Source: Chitinophagaceae bacterium (GTDB lineage: Bacteria; Bacteroidota; Bacteroidia; Chitinophagales; Chitinophagaceae). Taken from it: a stretch of 64,000 nt of DNA. The stretch's first letter is position 1; every line of letters begins with the position of its first letter. Position numbers and translations under genes: made by a program. The stretch lies in the NCBI GenBank assembly GCA_043782405.1, contig JAYWAN010000086.1:4985-68984 (forward strand). Reading direction: 5' to 3'. Positions 48,683 to 58,819 of the stretch are shown here, in pieces. The notes under the pieces were generated by a model. It was not told the origin of the DNA. It saw nothing but the letters and a program-made list of their open reading frames with translations, and did no database searches.

Positions 48683-48729
48683 AAAACTAAACAAATGTTT
48701 GATTAATATTAAACATTTGTTTAGTTTTG
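48683..48729. promoter_or_regulatory. TetR double operator overlapping the -7 promoter element
   Basis: Perfect 18-bp inverted repeat AAAACTAAACAAATGTTT-N10-AAACATTTGTTTAGTTTT; TAGTTTTG at 48722-48729. Confidence 0.8.
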
Positions 48730-48747
48730 CCCTTCAATTCAATTTTT

Positions 48748-49377
48748 ATGGGTCTTAACGATAAGCAATTACAGATAATCGAGACGGCAGAGCGCCAGTT
48801 TGCCGACAAGGGCTTTGATGGAACATCCGTAAGGGATATTGCAGATGAAGCAGGCATCAATGTAGCCATGATCTCTTATTATTTTGGATCGAAAGAGAAG
48901 TTACTCGAAGCGCTTTTCAGTTACCGTGCCGAAGGTACCGTACAGAAACTGGAGGGTATGTTGCAGGATAAGGAATTAACCCCCCTTGAAAAAGTGAACA
49001 TCATGATCGATTACTATATCGATAAATTCCAGACCCAGCAGTGCTTTTTCAGGATCATGATGAGGGAGCAGGTAGCCAGTCAGCGTGGCGTTACCTCAGG
49101 ACTGATCCAGCATTTTAAAAAACGCAATCAGCAATTGGTAAAACAATTGATTCATGAAGGACAGAAGACCGGAGAATTCAATAAAAATATCGATGTTCCG
49201 ATACTGATGGCTACATTGATAGGCACAACCGGGCACATGATCGCTACACAGCATTTTTACCGCGAGATCAATAACCTGCAGGACATGCCGGACGAACAAT
49301 TTCAAAAACTGATAAAGAAAAAATTAAGCAGTCACTTAAAATTTCTTTTTAAAACAACATTAACCCATGAGGTATAG
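48748..49377 (+). CDS. TetR/AcrR family regulator
   Basis: FADKGFDGTSVRDIADEAGINVAMISYYFGSKEKL; ATG 48748. Confidence 0.93.
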   Translation: MGLNDKQLQIIETAERQFADKGFDGTSVRDIADEAGINVAMISYYFGSKEKLLEALFSYRAEGTVQKLEGMLQDKELTPLEKVNIMIDYYIDKFQTQQCFFRIMMREQVASQRGVTSGLIQHFKKRNQQLVKQLIHEGQKTGEFNKNIDVPILMATLIGTTGHMIATQHFYREINNLQDMPDEQFQKLIKKKLSSHLKFLFKTTLTHEV

Positions 49378-50680
49378 ACCAATAAAAACAACCGTTTTAT
49401 TAATTGCACTGGGGTTTTCTTTCCCGGTAACACTGCATGCACAGGCAAAGAACCTCACCCTGCAGGAAGCCATTGACCTAAGCCTTAAGAACAGCAAGCA
49501 ATTAAAAAACAATGAGGCAAAGATTCTGGAAGCGGCTGCTTTGGTGAAAGAGGCAGATGAACGGCGTTTACCCGAAGCCGGTATAAGTGGTTCTTACCTG
49601 TTCTTACCGGTAAAACCTAATATTGACCTTAAATCCGGTTCTGGCGGAAACAACATGCCAACGGTAAACCAGGCAATATACGGCACCGTTAATGTTGCTG
49701 TTCCGTTATATGCTGCCGGCAAAGGGAGATATGGTATCGAATCGGCGAAATGCCTGGAACAGGCGGTTAAACTTGACGCTGACAAGGACCGTGAGATGGT
49801 AATATTAAATACCACCAATGCCTGTATCAATTTATACAAGGCCAAAACAGCCATCACACTTGTAAAAGAAAATCTTGCACAGTCGCAACAACGGGTAAAA
49901 GATCTTACCAACCTTGAAAAAAATGGTTTGCTGGCAAGAAATGACCTGTTGAAAGCCGAACTGCAAACCTCCAATATCGAACTTACATTACTTGATGCAG
50001 AAAGTAATTACAAACTGGCCTGTGTTAATATGAACCTGATGATAGGCTGGCCTGAGCAAACGGAAATAATTCCCGACAGGGCCGGCATCACACTGCCCGC
50101 CAGTATTAAAACACTTGAAGAATACGAAAATGATGCGCTGCAAAAACGTAAGGATGTTGAAGCATTGTCTTTTCGTAAAAAAGCAGCGAATACAGGCATT
50201 CAAATGGCAAGAACCGATTACTATCCAAGTGTTGCGCTTACGGGAGGCTATATAGTTGCTGACATCCCCAAATTTTTCAGCGTCACTAATGCTGTAAATA
50301 TTGGTATCGGGGTAAAATATAATATCGCTTCTTTATGGAAGACCAAAACAAAGATACAAGAGGCCAAGATAAAAGTGCAACAACTGGCTATCAGTGAAGA
50401 TATATTGAGCGATAATATCCGCCTGCAGATTAACCAGGCCTACCAGGCTTACCTGGTAAGTGAAAAAAAGATACAGGTATATGAAAAAGCAGTGCTGCAG
50501 GCCACGGAGAATTACAGGATAACAAAAAATAAATATGATAACTCCCTGGCAACCGTTACAGAACTATTGGATGCGGACGTAGCCTTACTCCAAACCAACC
50601 TGAGTGTTACCAACGCAAAAGCAGATTCGTTTTTGGCCTATAATAAATTATTACAGGTAGCAGGACTTTTAAATAACTAA
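49367..50680 (+). CDS. TolC family outer-membrane efflux protein
   Basis: Signal peptide; LTLQEAIDLSL; two OEP repeats; operon context. Confidence 0.9.
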   Translation: MRYRPIKTTVLLIALGFSFPVTLHAQAKNLTLQEAIDLSLKNSKQLKNNEAKILEAAALVKEADERRLPEAGISGSYLFLPVKPNIDLKSGSGGNNMPTVNQAIYGTVNVAVPLYAAGKGRYGIESAKCLEQAVKLDADKDREMVILNTTNACINLYKAKTAITLVKENLAQSQQRVKDLTNLEKNGLLARNDLLKAELQTSNIELTLLDAESNYKLACVNMNLMIGWPEQTEIIPDRAGITLPASIKTLEEYENDALQKRKDVEALSFRKKAANTGIQMARTDYYPSVALTGGYIVADIPKFFSVTNAVNIGIGVKYNIASLWKTKTKIQEAKIKVQQLAISEDILSDNIRLQINQAYQAYLVSEKKIQVYEKAVLQATENYRITKNKYDNSLATVTELLDADVALLQTNLSVTNAKADSFLAYNKLLQVAGLLNN

Positions 50681-50705
50681 TAAATACATTAAAAGATAGA
50701 TCGTT

Positions 50706-51827
50706 ATGGAACAAAATGAAACAAAACTCGCGACGGCCAATAAAATAGAGGAGGCCCCTAAAAAAAGAAGCAAGGTTTTTTTGATCGTACTGATAGCTAT
50801 GCTGGTAGCAGGCGGCTGGTTTGGTATATCAAAATATTTACACAGCCAACAGCATGAAGAAACAGATGATGCACAGGTTGAAGCCAATATCAGCCCCGTT
50901 ATTCCGCGTATAGGCGGTTACGTTAAAGAAGTCCGTGTAAAAGACAACCAGCTGGTAAAGAAAGGCGATACCCTTTTGATACTGGATGACAGGGACCTGG
51001 CATTGAGGGTGCAGCAGGCCGAAGCGGCGCTGGCAACTGCAAAAAGTAATCTAGGTTCGGCAGAGGCAGTGACGAATGCTTCCAGGGCCAACATTTCGAG
51101 CACACAGGCCGGAATTGCAACAATAGATGCGCAGATAGAAGCTGCTAAAGTGAATATATGGAGAACAGCACAGGATTATGAACGTTATAATAACCTAATC
51201 AAAGATCATTCTATAACACAGGTACAATATGAACAGGCCCTGGCGGCAAAGCAAATAGCCGAACACCAGTTGCAGGTACTTGAACAACAAAAGAACCAGG
51301 TGGCTCAGCAAACCAACGCAGTGGCTTCGCAAAGTAATGCCACTTCATCGCAGATTGGAGTGGCCGGTTCTGTTATCAAACAAAGGGAAGTAGATGTTGC
51401 AGATGCAAAGCTTAATCTTTCTTATGCGGTGATTGTTGCTGCCGAGGGGGGATTGGTGTCAAAAGTAAATGTACAGGAAGGCCAGTTTTTGCAACCGGGG
51501 CAGGCGGTGTTCAGTATCGTAATAAGCCAGGATGTATGGGTGGTGGCCAATTTCAAGGAAACCCAATTTGAAAAAATGAGGATCGGGCAAAAAGTTACCG
51601 TGCATGCAGATGCTTTTTCTGGCCATTCATTTGAAGCAACACTTACTTCTTTTTCACCCGCAACAGGCTCACGCTTTGCTTTGTTGCCGCCAGATAATGC
51701 CAGCGGTAATTTTGTAAAAGTGGTGCAACGCTTACCGGTAAAAATAGAATTCAGCAACCCGGCTGACTCATTGATAAAACAATTGAGGCCCGGTATGAAC
51801 GTAGCAGTGGATGTGCATTTGAAATAA
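50706..51827 (+). CDS. emrA: EmrA-like membrane fusion protein
   Basis: ETDDAQV, VVANFKETQ, LLPPDNASGNFVKVVQRLPVKI. Confidence 0.92.
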   Translation: MEQNETKLATANKIEEAPKKRSKVFLIVLIAMLVAGGWFGISKYLHSQQHEETDDAQVEANISPVIPRIGGYVKEVRVKDNQLVKKGDTLLILDDRDLALRVQQAEAALATAKSNLGSAEAVTNASRANISSTQAGIATIDAQIEAAKVNIWRTAQDYERYNNLIKDHSITQVQYEQALAAKQIAEHQLQVLEQQKNQVAQQTNAVASQSNATSSQIGVAGSVIKQREVDVADAKLNLSYAVIVAAEGGLVSKVNVQEGQFLQPGQAVFSIVISQDVWVVANFKETQFEKMRIGQKVTVHADAFSGHSFEATLTSFSPATGSRFALLPPDNASGNFVKVVQRLPVKIEFSNPADSLIKQLRPGMNVAVDVHLK

Positions 51828-51855
51828 TAAACAGTTTACGCCACAAGAATATTTT

Positions 51856-53436
51856 ATGCAGCAAATGGAATCTTTGGTAGAATACGGTTCAAGGCGTGTA
51901 ATTATAACGATAACGGCTATACTATGTGCTTTACTGGAGATCGTTGATACCACTATTGTGAATGTCGCTATCAATGATATGCGTGGTTCGCTTGGCACTA
52001 CTTTGACAGAAGTAAGCTGGGTAATCACCGCTTATGCCATCGGTAACGTGATCATTGTACCCATGACAAGCTGGTTATCGCAGCAGTTTGGCCGGCGCAA
52101 TTATTTTGCAGCTTCTGTTATCCTGTTCACCATTTGTTCATTCTTGTGTGGTAACGCTACCGGTATCTGGGAATTGGTCCTTTTCCGTTTTTTGCAGGGT
52201 GTTGGTGGTGGCGCCTTGTTGGTTACTTCTCAAACTATTATTACAGAAAGTTACCCGCCCGAAAAGAGAAGCATGGCCCAGGCTATTTACGGATTAGGTG
52301 TTATTGTTGGCCCAACATTGGGGCCGCCGCTCGGTGGTTATATCGTTGAACATTTTTCATGGCCCCTTATATTCTATATCAATATCCCCATCGGTATTGT
52401 TGCCGCATTACTAACGTTACAGTTTGTACGCAGTCCGAAATACGGGGAGAAAAGCGCTACAAGGGATATCGACTGGCTGGGAGTGGCCCTACTGATCATT
52501 ACAGTTGGCTCCCTGCAGTATGTGCTTGAAAAAGGGCAGGATGATGATTGGTTCAACAGCAGTAACATCATATACCTTGTGGCAGCAGCAATATTAGGGT
52601 TGTTCTTTTTTATCTGGAGAGAGACAACTTACCGCAACCCCATCGTTGAGCTTCGTGTTTTAAAGAATGGTAATCTCCGAGTGGGTACCATCCTCTCCTT
52701 TATTATGGGTTTTGGTCTGTATGGGTCTACATTTATCATCCCCTTATATACGCAGTCGGTCCTTGGCTGGACCGCACAACAGGCCGGTATGCTCATGGTG
52801 CCCGCTGCGTTAACCACGGCCGTTATGATGCCGATAATTGCTAAATTGTTACAGCGGGGTATTCCCCAGCAATTTCTCGTAGCTGGTGGTATGGTTTTAT
52901 TTTCGATATTTACTTTTTGGGGATATTTTATTACTACACCCGACACCAGTTCAGGAGATTTTTTCTGGATGCTCATTTTCAGAGGGCTTGCGCTTGGCTT
53001 GCTGTTCATCCCTATTACTGCGCTTTCTTTATCAATGCTAAAGGGCCAGCAAATTGGCCAGGGTGCAGCTTTTACGGGTATGATGCGGCAATTGGGCGGA
53101 TCCTTTGGTGTGGCACTCATCAGCACATTCATGGTAAGGCAAAACATGGTACATCGCAACGACCTTGTGAGCAAACTGGATAGGACCAATCCTGCCGTAA
53201 TGCAAAAAGTGCAGGCATTACAACATGGTTTTATGAGCAAGGGTATGCCGGCAGATGTTGCGCTTAAAAGCAGTTATGCTGCGCTTGATCATATGGTAAC
53301 CAAACAGGCCGCGGTACTTTCTTATATGGATGTATTCATGTACCTCGGTATCATGTTCCTTGTCTGTGTACCATTTGTATTGATCGTAAGAGGAAATAAA
53401 GCAAAGAAGGCAGACCTGTCCGAATCTATGCATTAA
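51856..53436 (+). CDS. emrB: DHA2 family MFS efflux permease (EmrB-like)
   Basis: LEIVDTTIVNVA, SWVITAY, FGRR, GPTLGPPLGG, FYINIPIG, RQLGGSFG. Confidence 0.93.
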   Translation: MQQMESLVEYGSRRVIITITAILCALLEIVDTTIVNVAINDMRGSLGTTLTEVSWVITAYAIGNVIIVPMTSWLSQQFGRRNYFAASVILFTICSFLCGNATGIWELVLFRFLQGVGGGALLVTSQTIITESYPPEKRSMAQAIYGLGVIVGPTLGPPLGGYIVEHFSWPLIFYINIPIGIVAALLTLQFVRSPKYGEKSATRDIDWLGVALLIITVGSLQYVLEKGQDDDWFNSSNIIYLVAAAILGLFFFIWRETTYRNPIVELRVLKNGNLRVGTILSFIMGFGLYGSTFIIPLYTQSVLGWTAQQAGMLMVPAALTTAVMMPIIAKLLQRGIPQQFLVAGGMVLFSIFTFWGYFITTPDTSSGDFFWMLIFRGLALGLLFIPITALSLSMLKGQQIGQGAAFTGMMRQLGGSFGVALISTFMVRQNMVHRNDLVSKLDRTNPAVMQKVQALQHGFMSKGMPADVALKSSYAALDHMVTKQAAVLSYMDVFMYLGIMFLVCVPFVLIVRGNKAKKADLSESMH

Positions 53437-53459
53437 TAAATGTAATGCCATTCCGGAAT

Positions 53460-53488
53460 AAAAATTCCCTTCCGCCAGGGAAGGGAAT
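53460..53488 (-). terminator. Intrinsic terminator
   Basis: ATTCCCTTCC-GCCAG-GGAAGGGAAT with an A-run on the left, between convergent emrB and osmC. Confidence 0.7.
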
Positions 53489-53508
53489 AACAGATCATCC
53501 AAAAAAAG

Positions 53509-53919
53509 TTAAGCCAATACCGCTTCATGGGTAATATTGGTATTGTACAATTTTGAAATGGGGCAATTAGCTTTCGCATCTGAAACTGCTGCATCAAACT
53601 GCTCCTGACTGATCGCCGGAACTTTAGCCCTTACGCTCAGGTGCGATTCGGTGATGGCGCCGTCTGCTAAAGTAATATCGCACCTGGTTTCAATTTCATC
53701 TGCAGTAAATCCCGCTGCATTTAATACAAAACTCAGTTTCATGGTAAAACAGCCTGCGTGTGCAGCTGCGGCCAGTTCTTCCGGATTGGTACCAACACCA
53801 TCTGCAAAACGGGAATTAAAAGAATACTGTGTCTTGTTCAATGTGGTACTTTGCGTGGTGAGGTGACCGTTACCTTCTTTTCCTGTGCCGTTCCAAACTG
53901 CTGTTGCATTACGTTTCAT
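53509..53919 (-). CDS. osmC: OsmC peroxiredoxin
   Basis: YSFNSRF, GTNPEELAAAAHAGCFTM, AKANCPIS. Confidence 0.95.
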   Translation of the reverse strand: MKRNATAVWNGTGKEGNGHLTTQSTTLNKTQYSFNSRFADGVGTNPEELAAAAHAGCFTMKLSFVLNAAGFTADEIETRCDITLADGAITESHLSVRAKVPAISQEQFDAAVSDAKANCPISKLYNTNITHEAVLA

Positions 53920-53924
53920 GATTT

Positions 53925-54278
53925 TTATTTTAGTTGTTTATTATATTGTTCTTCATCAAAGCCAACGATCATTTTACTGCCGTATTCAACAATCGGGCGT
54001 TTTATTATACTGTTGCTCTTTAACATCAGCTCTATTGCCGAAGCCGGGTTAGTGATCTTATTTTGTTCGGCTGCGGTCAACTCCCTCCAGGTAGTGCTTC
54101 GCCTGTTAAATACCGTTTCCCAACCGGCCTGGGCAAACCATTGCTCTAATTTTTGTTTGCTTATCCCCTGCTGTTTATAATCGTGAAACAAAAAATTGAT
54201 CTTGTTGTTGTTAAGCCATGTCATGGCTTTTTTTGTTGCGTCACAATTAGGGATACCATAAATGATCATTTTACTCAT
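53925..54278 (-). CDS. ArsC/Spx family (YffB-like) protein
   Basis: IYGIPNCDATKKA, FHDYKQQG, NRRSTTWR, IKRP. Confidence 0.88.
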   Translation of the reverse strand: MSKMIIYGIPNCDATKKAMTWLNNNKINFLFHDYKQQGISKQKLEQWFAQAGWETVFNRRSTTWRELTAAEQNKITNPASAIELMLKSNSIIKRPIVEYGSKMIVGFDEEQYNKQLK

Positions 54279-54279
54279 A

Positions 54280-55269
54280 TCAAAAATCGGGCAGGGTTGG
54301 TTTCGTTTTCATAATGGTCTCTATTTTTTCCATTACTTCGGGCGTAAGTTTTGCAACTACTTCCAATGCTTTTAAATTATCCAGCAACTGCGTTTTTTTT
54401 GTAGCACCTAAAATAGCCGTACTCACATGCGGATTTTTAATGCACCATGCAATGCTTAATGCGGCTGTACTTACGCCAAGTTTAGTTGCCAGTTCGCTCA
54501 GCTTTCTCACTTTTTTCAATTTATCGTCCATCACCCACCGTTCTTTAAGCCAATCAAACCCTTCCAATGCAAAACGGCTCCCCTTTGGAACACCATCATT
54601 GTACTTACCCGTTAAAAGCCCCGATGCCAGCGGGCTCCATATTGTTGTGCCCAGGCCAACGGTTTTAAAGATCTGCAGAAATTCATTTTCCATTTTATCC
54701 CGTTCAAACAAATTGTATTGCGGTTGCTCCATCGTTGGGCCGATCAGCCTGTACTGCTGCGCAACCTTATGCGCTTCCATTATTTCCACGCCGCTCCATT
54801 CGCTGGTGCCCCAGTACAATACTTTTCCCTGTTGAATAAGATGATTCATCGCCCATACTGTTTCTTGAACAGGGGTATTTTTATCGGGGCGGTGACAGAA
54901 GAACATATCCAGGTAATCCACCTGCAATCTTTGCAGTGCTTCGTTGCAGGCTTCCATTAAATGTTTACGGCTACACCCGGTCTGGTTGGGCTTATTATCT
55001 TTCCCCCTCCATCCCCAGAATGCTTTGGAGGAAACGGTATAGGAGGTACGGTCCCATTTTTTCTTTTTCAGTACGCGGCCCATCATTTTTTCGCTTTCAC
55101 CAAGCGCATACACTTCAGCGTTATCAAAAAAATTAATCCCCTTATCATAGGCGATACCCATGAGCTCATCAGCAGTTTTATCATTGATCTGTTTGCTGAA
55201 GCTTACCCAGCTGCCAAAGGAGAGTACGCTAACCTGTAAACCTGATTTTCCAAGACGGCGATATTCCAT
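54280..55269 (-). CDS. Aldo/keto reductase (Kv-beta-like)
   Basis: MEYRRLGKSGLQVS, FDNAEVY, CHRPD, YWGTSEW, WSPLASGLLTGKY; ATG 55269. Confidence 0.92.
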   Translation of the reverse strand: MEYRRLGKSGLQVSVLSFGSWVSFSKQINDKTADELMGIAYDKGINFFDNAEVYALGESEKMMGRVLKKKKWDRTSYTVSSKAFWGWRGKDNKPNQTGCSRKHLMEACNEALQRLQVDYLDMFFCHRPDKNTPVQETVWAMNHLIQQGKVLYWGTSEWSGVEIMEAHKVAQQYRLIGPTMEQPQYNLFERDKMENEFLQIFKTVGLGTTIWSPLASGLLTGKYNDGVPKGSRFALEGFDWLKERWVMDDKLKKVRKLSELATKLGVSTAALSIAWCIKNPHVSTAILGATKKTQLLDNLKALEVVAKLTPEVMEKIETIMKTKPTLPDF

Positions 55270-55361
55270 ACTATGCAGACGTTTAAAATTTTGAATCCCG
55301 AAGTTAAGACAACAAAAGGGAAACAAATTTATTCAGGTAACGGACTACCAGGAATTTAATA

Positions 55362-55952
55362 TTAATTTGAAGGGAATTGTGATGAAGGCACATTGATAAA
55401 TCCGACAGGATGTATGATATGCCAGTTATTAAAATCCTGGGCAGATTCCATCCCGATACCATCAAGTATCTGTGTTTTGGTCCTTATCTTAACCGGCTTA
55501 TCGGTGTAGAACTCATTGCCGATCTTAGTCCGGTCCCACCAAAGTTCATTACAATAAAGCGTATCTCCCTTGGTATTGATAATTTTTACGCTGTCGCGCA
55601 GGAACACCCTGCTCTGTGTTTCATAATATTTACCATAAAGCGCATCCAGGCGACTGTCGATCCCGGCGGTATCATTATAAAAATTAACGTGTAATTTTTT
55701 GGGGAATTCTACATATTGTGCGGTATCCTGCACCCTTAACATTAAGGGAGATAAGAGTTTTGCTTTTGCTTTTCCTGCAAGTGTATAATTGATGTCTACA
55801 TTTGTGGCTTCTTCCACGCCCAGCCTTCTGCTGTTGAGGTCTTTCAGTTCTTTATTGGTGTTTTCGCAGGCATATAATGCAATGGCAGAGATAAGCCCTA
55901 TAACGGTATAGCGTAATAGCAGGGAATACTTCAATGTAGCAATAGAAACCAT
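55362..55952 (-). CDS. lptC: LPS export ABC transporter periplasmic protein LptC
   Basis: N-terminal TM/lipobox; EFPKKLHVNFY, GDTLYCNELWWD, FYTDKPV. Confidence 0.8.
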   Translation of the reverse strand: MVSIATLKYSLLLRYTVIGLISAIALYACENTNKELKDLNSRRLGVEEATNVDINYTLAGKAKAKLLSPLMLRVQDTAQYVEFPKKLHVNFYNDTAGIDSRLDALYGKYYETQSRVFLRDSVKIINTKGDTLYCNELWWDRTKIGNEFYTDKPVKIRTKTQILDGIGMESAQDFNNWHIIHPVGFINVPSSQFPSN

Positions 55953-55999
55953 TACAGGTGATAAAATGATGGGGCGAATTTTCCCCGCTATCAGATCTT

Positions 56000-57334
56000 C
56001 TAGTCGTATTTACGCTTTTGGAACCAACGGGCATTCATGGAAACACCGATACTAAACCGCAATACATTTTCCCGGAGGTTGGTATTTTTATCACCTCTTC
56101 CGCCAATTTCCACTGCAGTATTAAGCAGCACGTATTCGCCACCGTAACTAAGGCGTTGAAGTGAAGTCAATGGCATACCAGTACCTAATGTAACCCCGTA
56201 TGCAGGCCTGTTATTATTCAGTTTAACGTAATCCGGACCATAAAATACACCGGCACGGTATCTTACAAAACTGAAATATTTTTTTGCGGGCGTTTTTTCA
56301 TTCGCAGGAAAATACTGCGCTCCCGCCCTCACTGTCCAGCTGTTTTGTAACTGGTCTGATACCTGATAGAATTTATAATTGATCCAGTCGGAAGTTTCAT
56401 AGTCCATACCATATAACCAATGTTTTCCCTGGTACGTGAAGCCAAGCCCGATAGTTGAAGGAAGGTTGATGGTTCCTTTGATATCTTTTTGATCATATAT
56501 ACTGTCAACCCGGTAAGTATTACCCGCAGCATCATAAGAAAAAGTTTCCCTTGTAACATCCTGGCTGGCATTTAATTCCTGTTGCAGGTTGCCATAAATA
56601 CCAAGACTCAATAACCCAGATCCGAAACTGGTTTGATATTGCATACCCCCATTAAAATATAATCCGCTGAAATGAGTTTTATTAGCTGAGTTTGACCGGT
56701 AGTAATCAATCGTATCATTTATGAAGGTAAGCCTGGCACTATAGTCTTTGGTGCCAAACTGGTAACCAATGTTAAGACCGGCTGCAAATCTTTTAACATG
56801 CTTATCGTCAGTACTTAAGTCGATCATCATTCCCGATCCAACAAAAGCCTGGTTAAGGCCGCCACTACCTTCATATAAAGTATGCAGGCTATCAACACCG
56901 CTAAGGCGTTCATTTTTTTCAATTTTATAATCTATCCTGGAAACGGGGCGAAGGCCAAAACTCATTCCCCAGTTCACTTTTCTTTTTAATAATTTTTTTG
57001 GGGTAACGGGGAAGGCAAACTGCAGGTAAGAAAAAAGCGAATTGGTTGAAGTGAACTTTTTTGCGGGGTTGGTGCTCTTTAATGCCCTGATATCTGTTTC
57101 GGCACCAATCTCGAAAATGGTATTGGTAACGCCACCCAATGATGCCGGGTTTACAAAGTTTATACTCTGGTAATCCATTACTGCGGCGGAAATGCCACCC
57201 ATACCTCTGGACAAAATATTATGATTGGGGGTAAGATCGCCTAAGCCATAACGGGAGTAAGGGGAGTTTTCCTGAGCATTTGCTACCAGTTGCAAGCCAC
57301 AAGCCACAAAAAGTACGAGTAAAAATTTAGCCAT
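56000..57334 (-). CDS. Outer-membrane beta-barrel protein (FadL/PorV-like)
   Basis: Signal peptide, SPYSRYGLG, NPAS, GSGGLN, C-terminal WF; start 57334 (or 57355). Confidence 0.75.
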   Translation of the reverse strand: MAKFLLVLFVACGLQLVANAQENSPYSRYGLGDLTPNHNILSRGMGGISAAVMDYQSINFVNPASLGGVTNTIFEIGAETDIRALKSTNPAKKFTSTNSLFSYLQFAFPVTPKKLLKRKVNWGMSFGLRPVSRIDYKIEKNERLSGVDSLHTLYEGSGGLNQAFVGSGMMIDLSTDDKHVKRFAAGLNIGYQFGTKDYSARLTFINDTIDYYRSNSANKTHFSGLYFNGGMQYQTSFGSGLLSLGIYGNLQQELNASQDVTRETFSYDAAGNTYRVDSIYDQKDIKGTINLPSTIGLGFTYQGKHWLYGMDYETSDWINYKFYQVSDQLQNSWTVRAGAQYFPANEKTPAKKYFSFVRYRAGVFYGPDYVKLNNNRPAYGVTLGTGMPLTSLQRLSYGGEYVLLNTAVEIGGRGDKNTNLRENVLRFSIGVSMNARWFQKRKYD

Positions 57335-58052
57335 TGTTAGTTTCACTAAGTGCATATAAGCCTTTGAATAAAAAATTCGAGTCCGCAAATATCCTGTTTT
57401 TAAGTTGATGGGCAAAATAGGGGGTATCACCCCCGGTTAAAACCACGTTAAAGTTGTCGTACTTATTCGCGTAGGACTCAATAAAGCCGGCCATTTCAAA
57501 GGAAATGCCTGCAATCACACCGCTTTGTAAATTTGTTTTAGTATCGTATCCTAAAAGGGGAAAATTCCATTCAGCCTGCACTAATGGCAGCTTTGAGGTA
57601 AAGACCTGCATGGCTTTAAAACGCATTTCCATACCCGGTGAAATACTACCTCCAATGAATTGGTGATATTGATTAATAAAATTATATGTGATGCAGGTAC
57701 CCATCCCGATAACGAGATTATTCTTGCCGGGAAAATAATAGACTGCCGCGGCTGAAAGGGCCAGCCTATCGGCACCAATACTTTCGGGTTTGCCCACCGG
57801 GGTGGTGAAATTTGCTTTTGTAAGATGAGAAAGCTTATGAAATTTTGTTTTGGCGGCCAGCAAATTTTCAATTGCAGGGTTATGATTGATCACAGAAGAT
57901 AAAATTGTTTTTTGGGGCTGATGAACTGCCAATAATCTATCTATGGTAAATACTTCATCATTGGGTAATACGATCTCTTCTTGGAAATCATCATTTTCAA
58001 ATACTGCCGCTTTTAAACGGGTGTTACCAAAATCGAAGCAAAGGGTTTTCAT
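57327..58052 (-). CDS. coaX: Type III pantothenate kinase
   Basis: DFGNTRLK, SSV, IGADR, GTCIT, GGSISPG, LTGGD. Confidence 0.92.
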   Translation of the reverse strand: MKTLCFDFGNTRLKAAVFENDDFQEEIVLPNDEVFTIDRLLAVHQPQKTILSSVINHNPAIENLLAAKTKFHKLSHLTKANFTTPVGKPESIGADRLALSAAAVYYFPGKNNLVIGMGTCITYNFINQYHQFIGGSISPGMEMRFKAMQVFTSKLPLVQAEWNFPLLGYDTKTNLQSGVIAGISFEMAGFIESYANKYDNFNVVLTGGDTPYFAHQLKNRIFADSNFLFKGLYALSETNNG

Positions 58053-58164
58053 GATGCAGGTTTAATATATTACTGATGAATGGCCAATTGTTATGAATTT
58101 AAATGCTAAGCTGATCAATGATTTGCTGATGAGCTGTTTTAACCTTCCTTTCAATCATTCACTG

Positions 58165-58800
58165 TTATAATTCTACCCCTCCCAGGTTCTTAAAATGCCC
58201 GTTCAGGTTCACTCTTTCCCTTAGTGTTTCCATTTCTATCATTACTGGTAACACCCTGGTGAGATGGCGTTTTAAATATTCCTGCCGTTGCAATTCGTAC
58301 AATAATTCCAGTAATTCGTATTCCTCCGATAAAGAGAGTCCTGCATGGTGTGCCACATCATAACTCCATAATTCCTCATCGGGCTTTTTAAACTCCTTAT
58401 TTATTTTTAAAAGGCGATGCAGTTCTCTTATACTGTTAATGATGGCCTGCATTAAAACCCGGTTACCCTTTTGGTGGTTATCAGGATAATTCACAATTGC
58501 ACCGCTGTATAATTTATCCGGTAATGTTTTGATCATTTCAAGGATCCTGAAAATCTTGTCCCCCTCGGTTTTAACATCCATCTTACCGTCTTCATATACT
58601 TTAGTTATTTCCACCACTTGTACCAGGGTACCCATTTCGCATAGCTTATCATCAATAACTGCGGGTATGCCAAAGGGTTTTTTACTGTGGAAACATTCGG
58701 TAATAAGCTGTTTGTACCTGGGCTCAAAGATATGCAGGTTAAGCGCTTCCCCGGGATAAACTACAATGCCAAGCGGAAATAAAGGGATGAAATTGGTCAC
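58165..58800 (-). CDS. LON peptidase substrate-binding (N-domain-only) protein
   Basis: IPLFPL..VYPGE.LNLHIFEPRY; GTG start. Confidence 0.88.
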   Translation of the reverse strand: MTNFIPLFPLGIVVYPGEALNLHIFEPRYKQLITECFHSKKPFGIPAVIDDKLCEMGTLVQVVEITKVYEDGKMDVKTEGDKIFRILEMIKTLPDKLYSGAIVNYPDNHQKGNRVLMQAIINSIRELHRLLKINKEFKKPDEELWSYDVAHHAGLSLSEEYELLELLYELQRQEYLKRHLTRVLPVMIEMETLRERVNLNGHFKNLGGVEL

Positions 58801-58819
58801 AGTACGAGGTTTGATAATA

